NCBI GenBank assembly: GCA_963662275.1
Contig: OY759316.1
Location: forward strand, 2,112,001 to 2,176,000
Direction: 5' to 3'
Length of the DNA stretch: 64,000 nt
Source: Candidatus Cloacimonadales bacterium
GTDB lineage: Bacteria; Cloacimonadota; Cloacimonadia; Cloacimonadales; DAONDQ01
The notes under the pieces were generated by a model. It saw only the letters and a list, made by a program, of their open reading frames with translations, did not search any database and had not been told where the DNA came from. Position 1 is the first letter of the stretch. Each line of letters begins with the position of its first letter. Both the position numbers and the translations under genes were made by a program. This document shows, one piece after another, positions 18,869 to 28,440 of the stretch.

Positions 18869-21800
18869 ATGAAAAGAATGGGATTCATTATTATATTATC
18901 GTGTTTTTTAATCAGTATCTCGGCAAATGTACATACATCCTATCTCTGGCATTTAGACCAGCCTATTTATTGGGCTGACAAGAGTACCTGGAATACATAT
19001 CAGTATCAGAAGGTATGGGAATCAGATTATAAAAAGAACCACGGCGGTAATATCTATTCCGATGGTCAGGCACATCCGTTGAATAACCTGCCCGATATCT
19101 TTGGGAATGCAGACCGTGTGGCAGCATATCAATACAGAATGCGGGATGCTATCAGTTCTATAGGCTCCCTGCCCGAAGCTGGAGCTCAGGTCAGTATATC
19201 CGGGTGTTTGATGGAGAATATCAATGATCTCGCAACGGCAGGACAATGGGGCTATTATAGCGGTTGGAACAATAGCTATGCACAAGCACGAGGCTGGACT
19301 ACAACCGGTGGAAAGCCGCGTATGGATGTTCTTGCCTTTACTATGGATCATGCCCTCTCCCCTCTCGTGGACGAAAGTTGTCTGAAGAAACAGATTGAAG
19401 CTCATAAATACTTATATACCCAATTATTCGGTTCTACACCTGTTTACTCAAAAGGCTATTGGCCTGCTGAATGTGCTTTTTCAGAACGTATTATTAAAGT
19501 ACTTGTCCAGGAAGGAATACAATGGTCTGTGATTGCCAATAGCCACCTGGCACGAACACTCAACGACTATCCTGTTAATTATGGCACTTCAGGCTGTAAC
19601 ATCGATCCACCAAATAAAGCAGATAAAGTGGCTACCAACGGAACACACTGGTGGAATGGACAGATCGATGGAAGAGGTGGTACATTCGCAGCTCCTTATT
19701 GCTACCAGGTACATAAAGCTAAATACGTAGATCCTGATAATGGACAGGAATATAAAATATCTGTTGTACCTATGGACGATCTGCTCAGTTATCAGAACGG
19801 ATATTCTTCTATGGGTACAGGAGACATCGATACTAAAATTGCACCATATGACAATCCGGCACAACCTTCCATCGTTCTCATGGCTCACGACGGAGATAAC
19901 GCCTGGGGTGGTGGATACAGTTATTATGGGGAATCTGTTCCAGGCTTTGCCAATGCTGCTGCTGCCCAGGGCTATACACCTTCGACAGTGGAACAATTCA
20001 TTTTGAATCATCCTACACCCGATACTGATATTGTTCATGTGGAAGACGGTGCATGGGTCAATGCTGCCAATGACTGGGGGCATCCGCAATTCATCAACTG
20101 GATATGGCCTATGTACAATGCATCCAAAGTATTTGACCCGACCGGCTGGACGGAAGATGCAAGAAACTGGGCTGTTCTAACCGCTGCTCAAAATCGTGTG
20201 GATATGGCTGAACAATTGACAGGTACTTTGAATATAGCAAAGATAGTAAGCCCCGATGCTGCTGCCAATAATGCAGAACGTGCCTGGCATTATTTCCTTC
20301 CGGCATTCAACAGCGGTTATATGTACTATGGGACTGCCATAGATATGGAAGTGAAACCTACTCTTGCTGCCAATAATGCTACAGAATATGCGAATTATGT
20401 TATCAATGCTCATCCAGGTGTGGATAATACTCCACCAACTGTCTTTATCCCACAACGCTTTCCTTATAACCCGGGAGGGAAAGGTTTCGGTCCTATCTAT
20501 GGATACCAGGAACACCAGAATTCATCTGACTTTCATGTTTGGACGTTTGCCTATGATGCCTCAGGACTGCAAACCATTACTTTGAAATATCGTACTGACT
20601 CAGATGGTTCCAATCCGGAGTCAGATAATGCCAATGATACATATGCAGGCGGAGCTGGTGTAGGTGGATGGACATCACTGCCAATGACTGAAAGGGTCTT
20701 CCCCACAGGCAATGTGACTAATAATTCAGAGATCAATTTCTTCATATTGCCAACCTATATTGCGAATGAATATTATGCTCAGATTACTGGATTGACGGAT
20801 GTCTTAGTCGATTACTACGTTGAAGCAACAGATACACATGGAAATATTCGCAAATCCCCAATCCAGCATGTATATGTGGGAACAGGTGGAGGAACAACAC
20901 CAACCACTTCTGTTACTTATACACCAACGAATCCGGTTGCCGGACAATCCATGACCGTTACCTATGGAAATGCAGGAACTCTGTATAGTGCTGCTCAATT
21001 GAAGATTCACCTGGGTCAGAATACCTGGCAGGGTGTCACTGATTACAACATGACCCTCTTCCCCGCTGAGAACTGCTGGAAATACACATTTACCGTGCCT
21101 ACAGATGCCACACAGGTTGATTTTGTGTTCACTGATGGATTGAATCATTGGGATAACAATAGCGGTGCTGATTGGCATATCACAGTCACAGGTGCGGTAA
21201 CAGGTTATGTTATAGATGGCACGCTCGATGCTTCAGCACAACTAGTAGGACAAAGCGGAACGCTGAAGCTGTATACGGCTAAACAGGGCAATATCTTGTA
21301 TGTGGCAACAACTCCGGCTGCCAGCACAACTGATGTCTTTATGTTTATCTGTAAGAGTAAAACAACGATGGTTGCTTCACCCTGGGCGAAAGCCGGACAA
21401 GTCAATCAATGGGAGCTGTTTACTGCCAATGAAGGCACCAATGGTTATAACACTTGGACTGATCAAAATGGCTCAGCAACGCTAGCCCGTGGAACAGTCC
21501 TGGAAGGCAAATTTAATGTACTTACCGAATGTGGCTCTGTTGATACGCTATACCTCGCAGTTGGAGAATATGGTACTTCGGATACCGGAACATTGATCAG
21601 GCAAGTTCCTCTTGGTAATGGAGATGGCAACATCAATTTCAATGAATACTTTACATGGGCGTTGAATCCAATTCCCAATCCACCAACAAACCTGATGATC
21701 TCGAAAGCCGGAAATGATATCCAGTTAAGTTGGAGTGCTACCAATTTACCGGATTATGCGTATAAAATTCTATATGCCGATGCTCCTTATACACCAATAG

Positions 21801-21937
21801 CTTCATATCATTATTTGGCTACAACATCTGCTACTACATACATTCATACAAATGGAGTAAATTGGTCTGACCGTTTATTTTATAGAGTAATTGCAGTACC
21901 GATTACTAGAAATACAATGAAACATTACAATAGATAA
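18869..21937 (+). CDS. Secreted GH57/GH119-like alpha-amylase with a CBM25/CBM53-like starch-binding module and C-terminal FN3-like domain
   Basis: Signal peptide; WHLDQP (CSR-1), GYWPAECAFS (putative nucleophile Glu), AHDGDN (putative acid/base Asp); 'IHLG.N.W...FVF.DG..WDNNSG.DW' starch-binding module. Confidence 0.75.
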   Translation: MKRMGFIIILSCFLISISANVHTSYLWHLDQPIYWADKSTWNTYQYQKVWESDYKKNHGGNIYSDGQAHPLNNLPDIFGNADRVAAYQYRMRDAISSIGSLPEAGAQVSISGCLMENINDLATAGQWGYYSGWNNSYAQARGWTTTGGKPRMDVLAFTMDHALSPLVDESCLKKQIEAHKYLYTQLFGSTPVYSKGYWPAECAFSERIIKVLVQEGIQWSVIANSHLARTLNDYPVNYGTSGCNIDPPNKADKVATNGTHWWNGQIDGRGGTFAAPYCYQVHKAKYVDPDNGQEYKISVVPMDDLLSYQNGYSSMGTGDIDTKIAPYDNPAQPSIVLMAHDGDNAWGGGYSYYGESVPGFANAAAAQGYTPSTVEQFILNHPTPDTDIVHVEDGAWVNAANDWGHPQFINWIWPMYNASKVFDPTGWTEDARNWAVLTAAQNRVDMAEQLTGTLNIAKIVSPDAAANNAERAWHYFLPAFNSGYMYYGTAIDMEVKPTLAANNATEYANYVINAHPGVDNTPPTVFIPQRFPYNPGGKGFGPIYGYQEHQNSSDFHVWTFAYDASGLQTITLKYRTDSDGSNPESDNANDTYAGGAGVGGWTSLPMTERVFPTGNVTNNSEINFFILPTYIANEYYAQITGLTDVLVDYYVEATDTHGNIRKSPIQHVYVGTGGGTTPTTSVTYTPTNPVAGQSMTVTYGNAGTLYSAAQLKIHLGQNTWQGVTDYNMTLFPAENCWKYTFTVPTDATQVDFVFTDGLNHWDNNSGADWHITVTGAVTGYVIDGTLDASAQLVGQSGTLKLYTAKQGNILYVATTPAASTTDVFMFICKSKTTMVASPWAKAGQVNQWELFTANEGTNGYNTWTDQNGSATLARGTVLEGKFNVLTECGSVDTLYLAVGEYGTSDTGTLIRQVPLGNGDGNINFNEYFTWALNPIPNPPTNLMISKAGNDIQLSWSATNLPDYAYKILYADAPYTPIASYHYLATTSATTYIHTNGVNWSDRLFYRVIAVPITRNTMKHYNR

Positions 21938-22281
21938 TAAGAAAGATATTTCCCTAATATCATGAGTATCAAATATATGTACTATTAAAATTCCAAGGCT
22001 TATTATACTTTGGAAATATAAATCTTGTTACAAAAACCTTCATTTTTAATGAATAATCTATTAAAAAACAACACTCTTTACTATATTTGTTAAAAAAAAC
22101 TTGACTGTATGTACAGATACTTCAATTATACACATGAGTGCATCTTAGGAGCAGGAATGTATTCGGAATTATGTATTATGCTCTTATTAATTATGTTATC
22201 TGAAAACTAGATAGGCGATAATCCAAAAAATGCTATGGATGTATCGAAAACAAAACAATGATGTTAATTAGGAGGTTCAAA

Positions 22282-23589
22282 ATGCAACGTTACGCAATAG
22301 TTCTTATCATTTTACTTATCCCCTTGTTAGCTTTCGCAACCGTCATACCCAACCTTTTCGGTAGTCACTTTGGGAGCACACAAATTCTGAATAATCATGA
22401 AAGATCATGGAGATTAAACTACAATCTGGAAGAAATGTATCAAGATAATCTTTGGGCAAATAGTGCTAAAAACGTCTATTATTACAATTCCGTTCATCCA
22501 ACTGCAATTGATAGTATTGTTACATACAGCTATGAAGAACAAACTATGACGTGGAATATTCAATCTGCAACGATATTTACATACGATGCCACCTATGAAT
22601 ATGTGATTGAGGGAGATGTGTATATGATCAATCTCAATCCACCGATTCGAATGCTTTTTATGCGTGAATACATAGATTACAATGAAAACAATTATTTGAA
22701 AGATGTTACTATTCAGTTTTTGGACTCTTTTACAAGAACTTTAGCTGATGTTTCCAGGTTGCACTTGACTTATGCAAACAACAATGTCTCTTCCTCAATC
22801 ACTTGGTATGCAGAAGATTTACATGCTCCGCAACACCTCGAGAAAACAACTTTTGCTTTTGATTTTCGAGGGAGAATCATCCAGGAATTTATGATGACTT
22901 CTGCCGATTCATCCAACTGGGTTAATTCTGAACAAACTGACAGAACCTATCATCAAAACGATATTACGACAAGTGCTATATTCCTCAATAATGTAGCACA
23001 TATGTGGGGATTAGATGCGATGACTGGAGGTTCAATGATGTTCGGTATGGTTAGCACGGAAATTATCCAGACATGGTTGGGCGATGCCTGGATTAATAGT
23101 AGCAGTGCAACCTATACGTATAACGCTTCGAACAAATTGATACAAGTACTTAATCAAGAGTGGGATGGAACTTCTGCTTGGGTCAATTTAGAAAACAATA
23201 TCTATACGTATGATGCTAACAACAATATGGATCAGTATGTCAACCAGGAATGGACAGATCCAAATTGGGTAAATAAATCACGTATGACATACTTTTGGAA
23301 TAATTCAACTGCCAATGATGATCCAATTGTAGTAGCACCTGGCAACTTATCGATGGTTGCTTCTCCCAATCCTTTCCAATCAAATTTGGACATGAAGGTA
23401 AATGCAAAATCTAATCAACCAGTACAGATCGAAGTGTTCAACATCAAAGGACAATCAGTTTATCAAACCAAAACAATGCCTAACACCGAGATTTCCATCA
23501 ATGGAAAAGAATTCAGTTCCGGTATCTATTTCGTGAAGGCAAAGCAGGGAAATCAAACCATAACTCATAAAATATTGAAGCTAAAATAG
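22282..23589 (+). CDS. Secreted beta-repeat (DUF3836-like) protein with T9SS-like CTD, paralog 1
   Basis: SD aggagg before ATG 22282; signal peptide; 'W.N...YTYD.N.N' repeats; 'SPNPF...FNIKGQ...SSGIYFV' CTD. Confidence 0.7.
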   Translation: MQRYAIVLIILLIPLLAFATVIPNLFGSHFGSTQILNNHERSWRLNYNLEEMYQDNLWANSAKNVYYYNSVHPTAIDSIVTYSYEEQTMTWNIQSATIFTYDATYEYVIEGDVYMINLNPPIRMLFMREYIDYNENNYLKDVTIQFLDSFTRTLADVSRLHLTYANNNVSSSITWYAEDLHAPQHLEKTTFAFDFRGRIIQEFMMTSADSSNWVNSEQTDRTYHQNDITTSAIFLNNVAHMWGLDAMTGGSMMFGMVSTEIIQTWLGDAWINSSSATYTYNASNKLIQVLNQEWDGTSAWVNLENNIYTYDANNNMDQYVNQEWTDPNWVNKSRMTYFWNNSTANDDPIVVAPGNLSMVASPNPFQSNLDMKVNAKSNQPVQIEVFNIKGQSVYQTKTMPNTEISINGKEFSSGIYFVKAKQGNQTITHKILKLK

Positions 23590-23606
23590 AAAAGCAATAA
23601 CCAATG

Positions 23607-23640
23607 AAAAAAGGGACGACTTGAAAGCCGTCCTTTTTTT
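23607..23640 (+). terminator. Intrinsic terminator
   Basis: aaagggacg/cgtcctttt stem with a long T tract. Confidence 0.75.
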
Positions 23641-23720
23641 ATTAATATAATTTATGAGAAATGCTTGACATTCAATGAATATTCATCACACAATGTCTCT
23701 ATCAAAAGGAGGTATTCACT

Positions 23721-25013
23721 ATGCGACGTTATTTAATCGTTCTTATCTTTCTTTTAATAAATATATCAGCTAGGGCAGCAGATATTTTTTTTAATCCTGT
23801 CGATACACGACCTGGAAATGGTCCAGTGATGAACAATCCGGAACGTGGTTGGTATTTAATTCAAAAAATCCAGTCTTCCTACTCGGATAGTCTCTGGGTT
23901 GATAATATAAAAAGATTATATTATTATCATCCTGAGCAGCCAAGTTTCATTGATAGTGTAGAAATCTTCCAATATGACCAGGTTTCTACGACATGGATCT
24001 TAAGAAATACCATTGTTGCTACATATGACCCTGTTTCTGAAAATATCTCCGAAATCATTTGGTATTCATTTTATGGTACTGATATTAGAGTACCTGGTCA
24101 GCGGATACTCTTAGAATACAATGACAACCATTATCTCTTAAATTGGGCTTTCCAGCATAAGGATACTCTAACAGGAAACTGGATTGTTGGACAGAGAATG
24201 CACTTTGTGTACGTAAATAACAATGTATCTGCTCTTGTAACTTGGTATGATGGAGTTCCAACTCCCTATGATCAGAAGATTTTTAATACTGATCTGCAAG
24301 GACGAATCATACAGGAAACTTGGCAGACTTCTTCCGATTCAACGAATTGGACAGATTATAAGCAAGTATTTAGAACATTTCATCCTTTGGATACATCGAC
24401 GGGAACCTCTTTCATGACTAGTTATGCTCAACTGGGATATGTGATAATTACCGATAGCCCTATGGATTTGGGTATGTGGAGTGAAGAACTGACAAAATCG
24501 TGGATTAATGATATTATGGATAATGAATCGAAAGCTACTTATGATTATGATATCTCAAATAAGCTGGTTAGCGAGCTTTATCAGAAATGGATTAATTTTT
24601 CATGGAATAATGAATCGAAATTTACTTATGATTATGATAATAACGGAAATCTAATTCATGAAATATACCAGCGTTGGAACACGATGAACTGGGATTACTC
24701 TAGTAGGGATACCAATACCTGGGAATATACAACAGCCAATGATGACCACACTACTCCAGCGATTAATGGATTATCCCTTTTATCCTATCCCAATCCCTTC
24801 CATTCTAATTTGGATATGAAGGTAAATGCAAAATCTAATCAACCTGTACAGATCGAAGTGTTCAATATCAAAGGACAATCAGTATATCAAACAAATGCCA
24901 TGCCTAATACTCAGATCATGATGGATGGAATGAAGTTCAGTTCCGGTATTTATTTTGTGAAAGCAATGCAGGGGACGGAAACCAGTGTACGGAAAGTCGT
25001 GAAGCTGAAATGA
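23721..25013 (+). CDS. Secreted beta-repeat protein with T9SS-like CTD, paralog 2
   Basis: Collinear with paralog 1 (ER.W, IDS, GRIIQE...S.DS.NW); near-identical CTD; SD aggagg. Confidence 0.7.
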   Translation: MRRYLIVLIFLLINISARAADIFFNPVDTRPGNGPVMNNPERGWYLIQKIQSSYSDSLWVDNIKRLYYYHPEQPSFIDSVEIFQYDQVSTTWILRNTIVATYDPVSENISEIIWYSFYGTDIRVPGQRILLEYNDNHYLLNWAFQHKDTLTGNWIVGQRMHFVYVNNNVSALVTWYDGVPTPYDQKIFNTDLQGRIIQETWQTSSDSTNWTDYKQVFRTFHPLDTSTGTSFMTSYAQLGYVIITDSPMDLGMWSEELTKSWINDIMDNESKATYDYDISNKLVSELYQKWINFSWNNESKFTYDYDNNGNLIHEIYQRWNTMNWDYSSRDTNTWEYTTANDDHTTPAINGLSLLSYPNPFHSNLDMKVNAKSNQPVQIEVFNIKGQSVYQTNAMPNTQIMMDGMKFSSGIYFVKAMQGTETSVRKVVKLK

Positions 25014-25119
25014 GAAGTAGGTAAACTGAATTGTCTTGACAATAATCCAATTAGTTAATTAATATTAGTATTAAATGTTTTCGTGATGATTCAAATAGAA
25101 ATCTGGTTATCTAGTTAAT

Positions 25120-27378
25120 ATGGGAGTAAGAATGACAAGTGAGCTTTCCAAAGAAATAATTCAAGAATTGGATTTGCAGTCTGAACTCAATCCCCTTGAT
25201 GTAATTCAGCGAATTAAAGTCTATCCTCTCAATGGTCTTTCACCCCATGCTATGAATCAGCTTAAGTATTTCGAGGCAAAATCGCATGTAACCATGCGAC
25301 ATTTCCAAGAAGCGGAACAAATTGCGATTGAGTGTTTAAGCTTGGCTATCCCTGAAAGAGACTATTTTATTTTAGTAAAATGCAATGTCATGCAAGGTTT
25401 ATGTTATCTGCACATGGGCATCGAATTATCGATAAGACCTTGTTTGGAGTTGGCAATAGAATTTGCCATCCAATCCGGTGATTTTGAACTTCTGATTTAT
25501 GCCAGTTCAAACTATCTCATTTATCTTAGGACTCGAACACAATTTAGTTCAGCATTAGAGGAGGAGAAACGAATCGTTGATCTTGTTAAACGCACACCGC
25601 CCTCTTTTACTTCAATGAATGCTTTAATGAATGTAGCAAAATTGTATCTCGACCTGAATAAATTAGATAAAACCATCAGGTTTCTTCGTCAGGCTTTAGC
25701 TTATGCCCAAGTACTGGAGATACCTACTTATCAACTTACGATCATTAATAATCTTGCTTCTGGATATATTAGAATTGAAGATTACCGAAAAGCAGAAGAA
25801 ATTCTTTTAAATGGACTACGAGTAGCCCAGGATCTTTCTCAAATTCAGCAGATAGCACATATGCTGTTCAATCTGGGAAACCTGATGAATCAGCAAAAAA
25901 GATATTCGGAATCAATTGAATACTACGATAAGTGTTATGCAAAAGTGACTGAATGTAATTTTATGTCTCCTATGTTTTTGATTGATCTGTATAATAATTA
26001 TTCGATGTGTTATTGGTACTTGAATAATCCTGAAGAATCGATAAAATATATTGATAAAGCCATTGAAATAGCAACTGAGAATGGTTTTGAAAATGACAAA
26101 ATCCAGATGGAAGAGAGCAAGACGAATATTATGATTGGTTTGGGTGAATACAAAGCCGCTAAAACCATTTTGAATAATTCCATCAAATATTACAAAAAGG
26201 GGAAACAATATACTCATCTTCTGAGGGCAAGCCGTTCCCTGGCATACCTATATTCAAAGCTAAATGATTATAAAAAAAGCTATGAGATTTGTCGAAAAGT
26301 TGATGAAATTACTGACGAATACATCAGCCAGATTCTAAATAAACAGACAGTTGATGATTCTGGCAATCTTAGCTTGGCAGATCTTAACTTTGATTCCATA
26401 TCATCCGCTTCACCTCTCCAGCACAAGATTGATCATTCACACGGTTTTATCGGTCGGAGTAAAGCGCATCAAAAGGTACTGAATGCTGCATTATTGGCAG
26501 CTCAGCATAATAATACCAATGTCCTGATTATGGGAGAATCCGGTACCGGAAAAGAAGTGATAGCTCAAATCATACACAAAAACAGTATTCGCAGGAACAA
26601 TCCATTTATCCCTGTAAATATTGGTGCTTTATCTGCGACTCTCCTCGAGAGTGAACTCTTCGGACACACCAAGGGAGCATTTACAGGGGCAGATACGCAA
26701 ACGAAGGGATATTTCCTACAGGCAGATAAAGGTTCCATATTCCTGGATGAAATAGCTGAAATGCCCTATGAACTGCAAAGCAAATTATTAAGAGTCATTG
26801 AAACCCGCAAGGTGTCTTCGGTGGGCAGCAGCAAAGAAACCACCTTTGATTGTCGCATTATATGTGCTACAAATCAGGATCTGCGGGAAAAGATGTTTGA
26901 ACAGAAATTTCGTCTCGATCTATTTCATAGGCTGAATACGATTGAAATCATTATACCACCGTTACGTGAAAGACGGGAAGATATTGAACCTATTATCCAG
27001 TATTATGTGGAAAACTATTCTTATGAGCTTAAGAAGCCAAAACCCTTTCTTGATCGCTCTTTCATCGATATGATGCTGCAATATTCCTTTCCTGGAAACG
27101 TTCGGGAACTGAAAAATATCATCGAACGCATGTTCATTTTGAGCAAAAACCTGCACTGGGATGACAAGCTTGTAAGCAGTATAAATCCTTTCAACTTTGG
27201 TATTGAGGAGAAAAGTCATCTTCAACAATCAGATGAAGAAGATATGATCTTGAAAGCTCTCATCAAAGCCAAAGGAAAACAAAAAGAAGCTGCAATCTTA
27301 CTTAATATGTCCGAAGCCACCCTCTATCGCAGAATTGTAAAATACAACTTACAAAAACATACCCGCAAAGGAAGTTGA
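25120..27378 (+). CDS. TPR-containing sigma54-dependent transcriptional activator (bEBP, Fis-type HTH)
   Basis: GESGTGKE, ESELFGH.KGAFTGA, FLDEI, RII.ATN, FRLDLFHRL, FPGNVREL and a C-terminal HTH 'AA.LL.MSEATLYRRI'; TPR-like N-terminal half. Confidence 0.9.
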   Translation: MGVRMTSELSKEIIQELDLQSELNPLDVIQRIKVYPLNGLSPHAMNQLKYFEAKSHVTMRHFQEAEQIAIECLSLAIPERDYFILVKCNVMQGLCYLHMGIELSIRPCLELAIEFAIQSGDFELLIYASSNYLIYLRTRTQFSSALEEEKRIVDLVKRTPPSFTSMNALMNVAKLYLDLNKLDKTIRFLRQALAYAQVLEIPTYQLTIINNLASGYIRIEDYRKAEEILLNGLRVAQDLSQIQQIAHMLFNLGNLMNQQKRYSESIEYYDKCYAKVTECNFMSPMFLIDLYNNYSMCYWYLNNPEESIKYIDKAIEIATENGFENDKIQMEESKTNIMIGLGEYKAAKTILNNSIKYYKKGKQYTHLLRASRSLAYLYSKLNDYKKSYEICRKVDEITDEYISQILNKQTVDDSGNLSLADLNFDSISSASPLQHKIDHSHGFIGRSKAHQKVLNAALLAAQHNNTNVLIMGESGTGKEVIAQIIHKNSIRRNNPFIPVNIGALSATLLESELFGHTKGAFTGADTQTKGYFLQADKGSIFLDEIAEMPYELQSKLLRVIETRKVSSVGSSKETTFDCRIICATNQDLREKMFEQKFRLDLFHRLNTIEIIIPPLRERREDIEPIIQYYVENYSYELKKPKPFLDRSFIDMMLQYSFPGNVRELKNIIERMFILSKNLHWDDKLVSSINPFNFGIEEKSHLQQSDEEDMILKALIKAKGKQKEAAILLNMSEATLYRRIVKYNLQKHTRKGS

Positions 27379-27460
27379 ATAATTACACTGCCAGAAAACC
27401 ACTTTAAATGCTTCTCTGAACCTGGGGTACAGGATTTATTAAAGACTAGCTTCGCTCAAA

Positions 27461-27988
27461 GAATTAAGAATTAAGAATTAAAAATCAAGAACTGGCGGAA
27501 CAGAGAAGCATCGTAGCAACGAATTTATTCGTTGGATCAACTGCTTCAGCCGTTTAGAGGTTTCAACCTCTCAGAGAAGACGGGTCTACTTCCGTGGACC
27601 CCTACGTGGCATTTCAGACCTCGCACTTCCATTCTCCCAGAGGTTCCACCACTGGCTATCGGATTTCATATCTCCGATATGTGAAGGAATCTTCCCTTAT
27701 CAATTCTTCAATCTCTTCTCTGAAAAATCTTCAATTCTGCTCTCTCCTCCATTTTTTTAACCACTAAACACACTAAACACACAAAAAAGAAGATCTTAAG
27801 TCTTTGAACTATTAGCTAACATCAGACTCATTGTTTTCACTTAATCTTTCATAAATAGCCAGATAAATGATACAAATAATATCTTCTCTGCTTTTCGTGT
27901 TGTTCGTGTTTTTCGTGGTTTCTTTCTTCTTCCCATTCTTCAATCTTAAATCTCCCCTCTGCCAATTCTTAATTTTTAATTCTTAATT
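27461..27988. repeat. Nested inverted-repeat and REP cluster
   Basis: Outer IR (gaattaa)n-gaactggc at 27461-27496 with gccaattcttaatttttaattcttaatt at 27961-27988; inner IR aaccactaaacacactaaacacacaaaa at 27759-27786 with ttttcgtgttgttcgtgtttttcgtggtt at 27892-27920; several small hairpins in between. Confidence 0.7.
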
Positions 27989-28395
27989 TATATGACCTCC
28001 TTCCATCTCTCGTATCCCGTAACTTTGGGCAGCAGCTCCGCATCAATGGCAGCTTTCAGCGAGATGCAGGGAAGGTTCTGCTCAAATATCTGTTCCCTGG
28101 TGATGGTGGAAAGGTTAACTTTATCCGGCATGGCAGTCTGCATTGCCCACATCAGCTTATTATAGACGTGGCACCAGGTGAAGATCGGGAATCCTGCGTT
28201 TTGAGGAAGATTGTTGTAGGATAGACAGTAGTCTTTCAGGTTATACTTGTAGTATTGACTTGGTTCGAGGGTGTATATCTGCTTTTGTGCTGATTTGAAC
28301 GGTTTCTGACCGGGATGGTTCTTGAATGTGAATGATGTCCTGGCTCGTGGCTTACCCGTAAATCCGTGGATCATGTGTTTGAAGTATGGTTTCAT
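27988..28395 (-). CDS. Hypothetical protein, 135 aa; resembles a multicopy Cloacimonadota family
   Basis: SD aggaga before ATG at 28395; 'MK..FK.MIHGFTGK...YNKLMWAM...TITREQI...LPCISLKAAI.A.LLP'. The longer ORF-track start runs through heptamer repeats. Confidence 0.6.
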   Translation of the reverse strand: MKPYFKHMIHGFTGKPRARTSFTFKNHPGQKPFKSAQKQIYTLEPSQYYKYNLKDYCLSYNNLPQNAGFPIFTWCHVYNKLMWAMQTAMPDKVNLSTITREQIFEQNLPCISLKAAIDAELLPKVTGYERWKEVI

Positions 28396-28440
28396 TTTAT
28401 CTCCTATTTTTCTTTTCTTCTCCCTCCCATTTCTTCTCGT

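Noticed and set aside
23365..24974. Diversity-generating retroelement TR/VR pair
   Set aside because: Differences are mostly synonymous and not adenine-specific, both copies are coding CTDs, and there is no reverse transcriptase.
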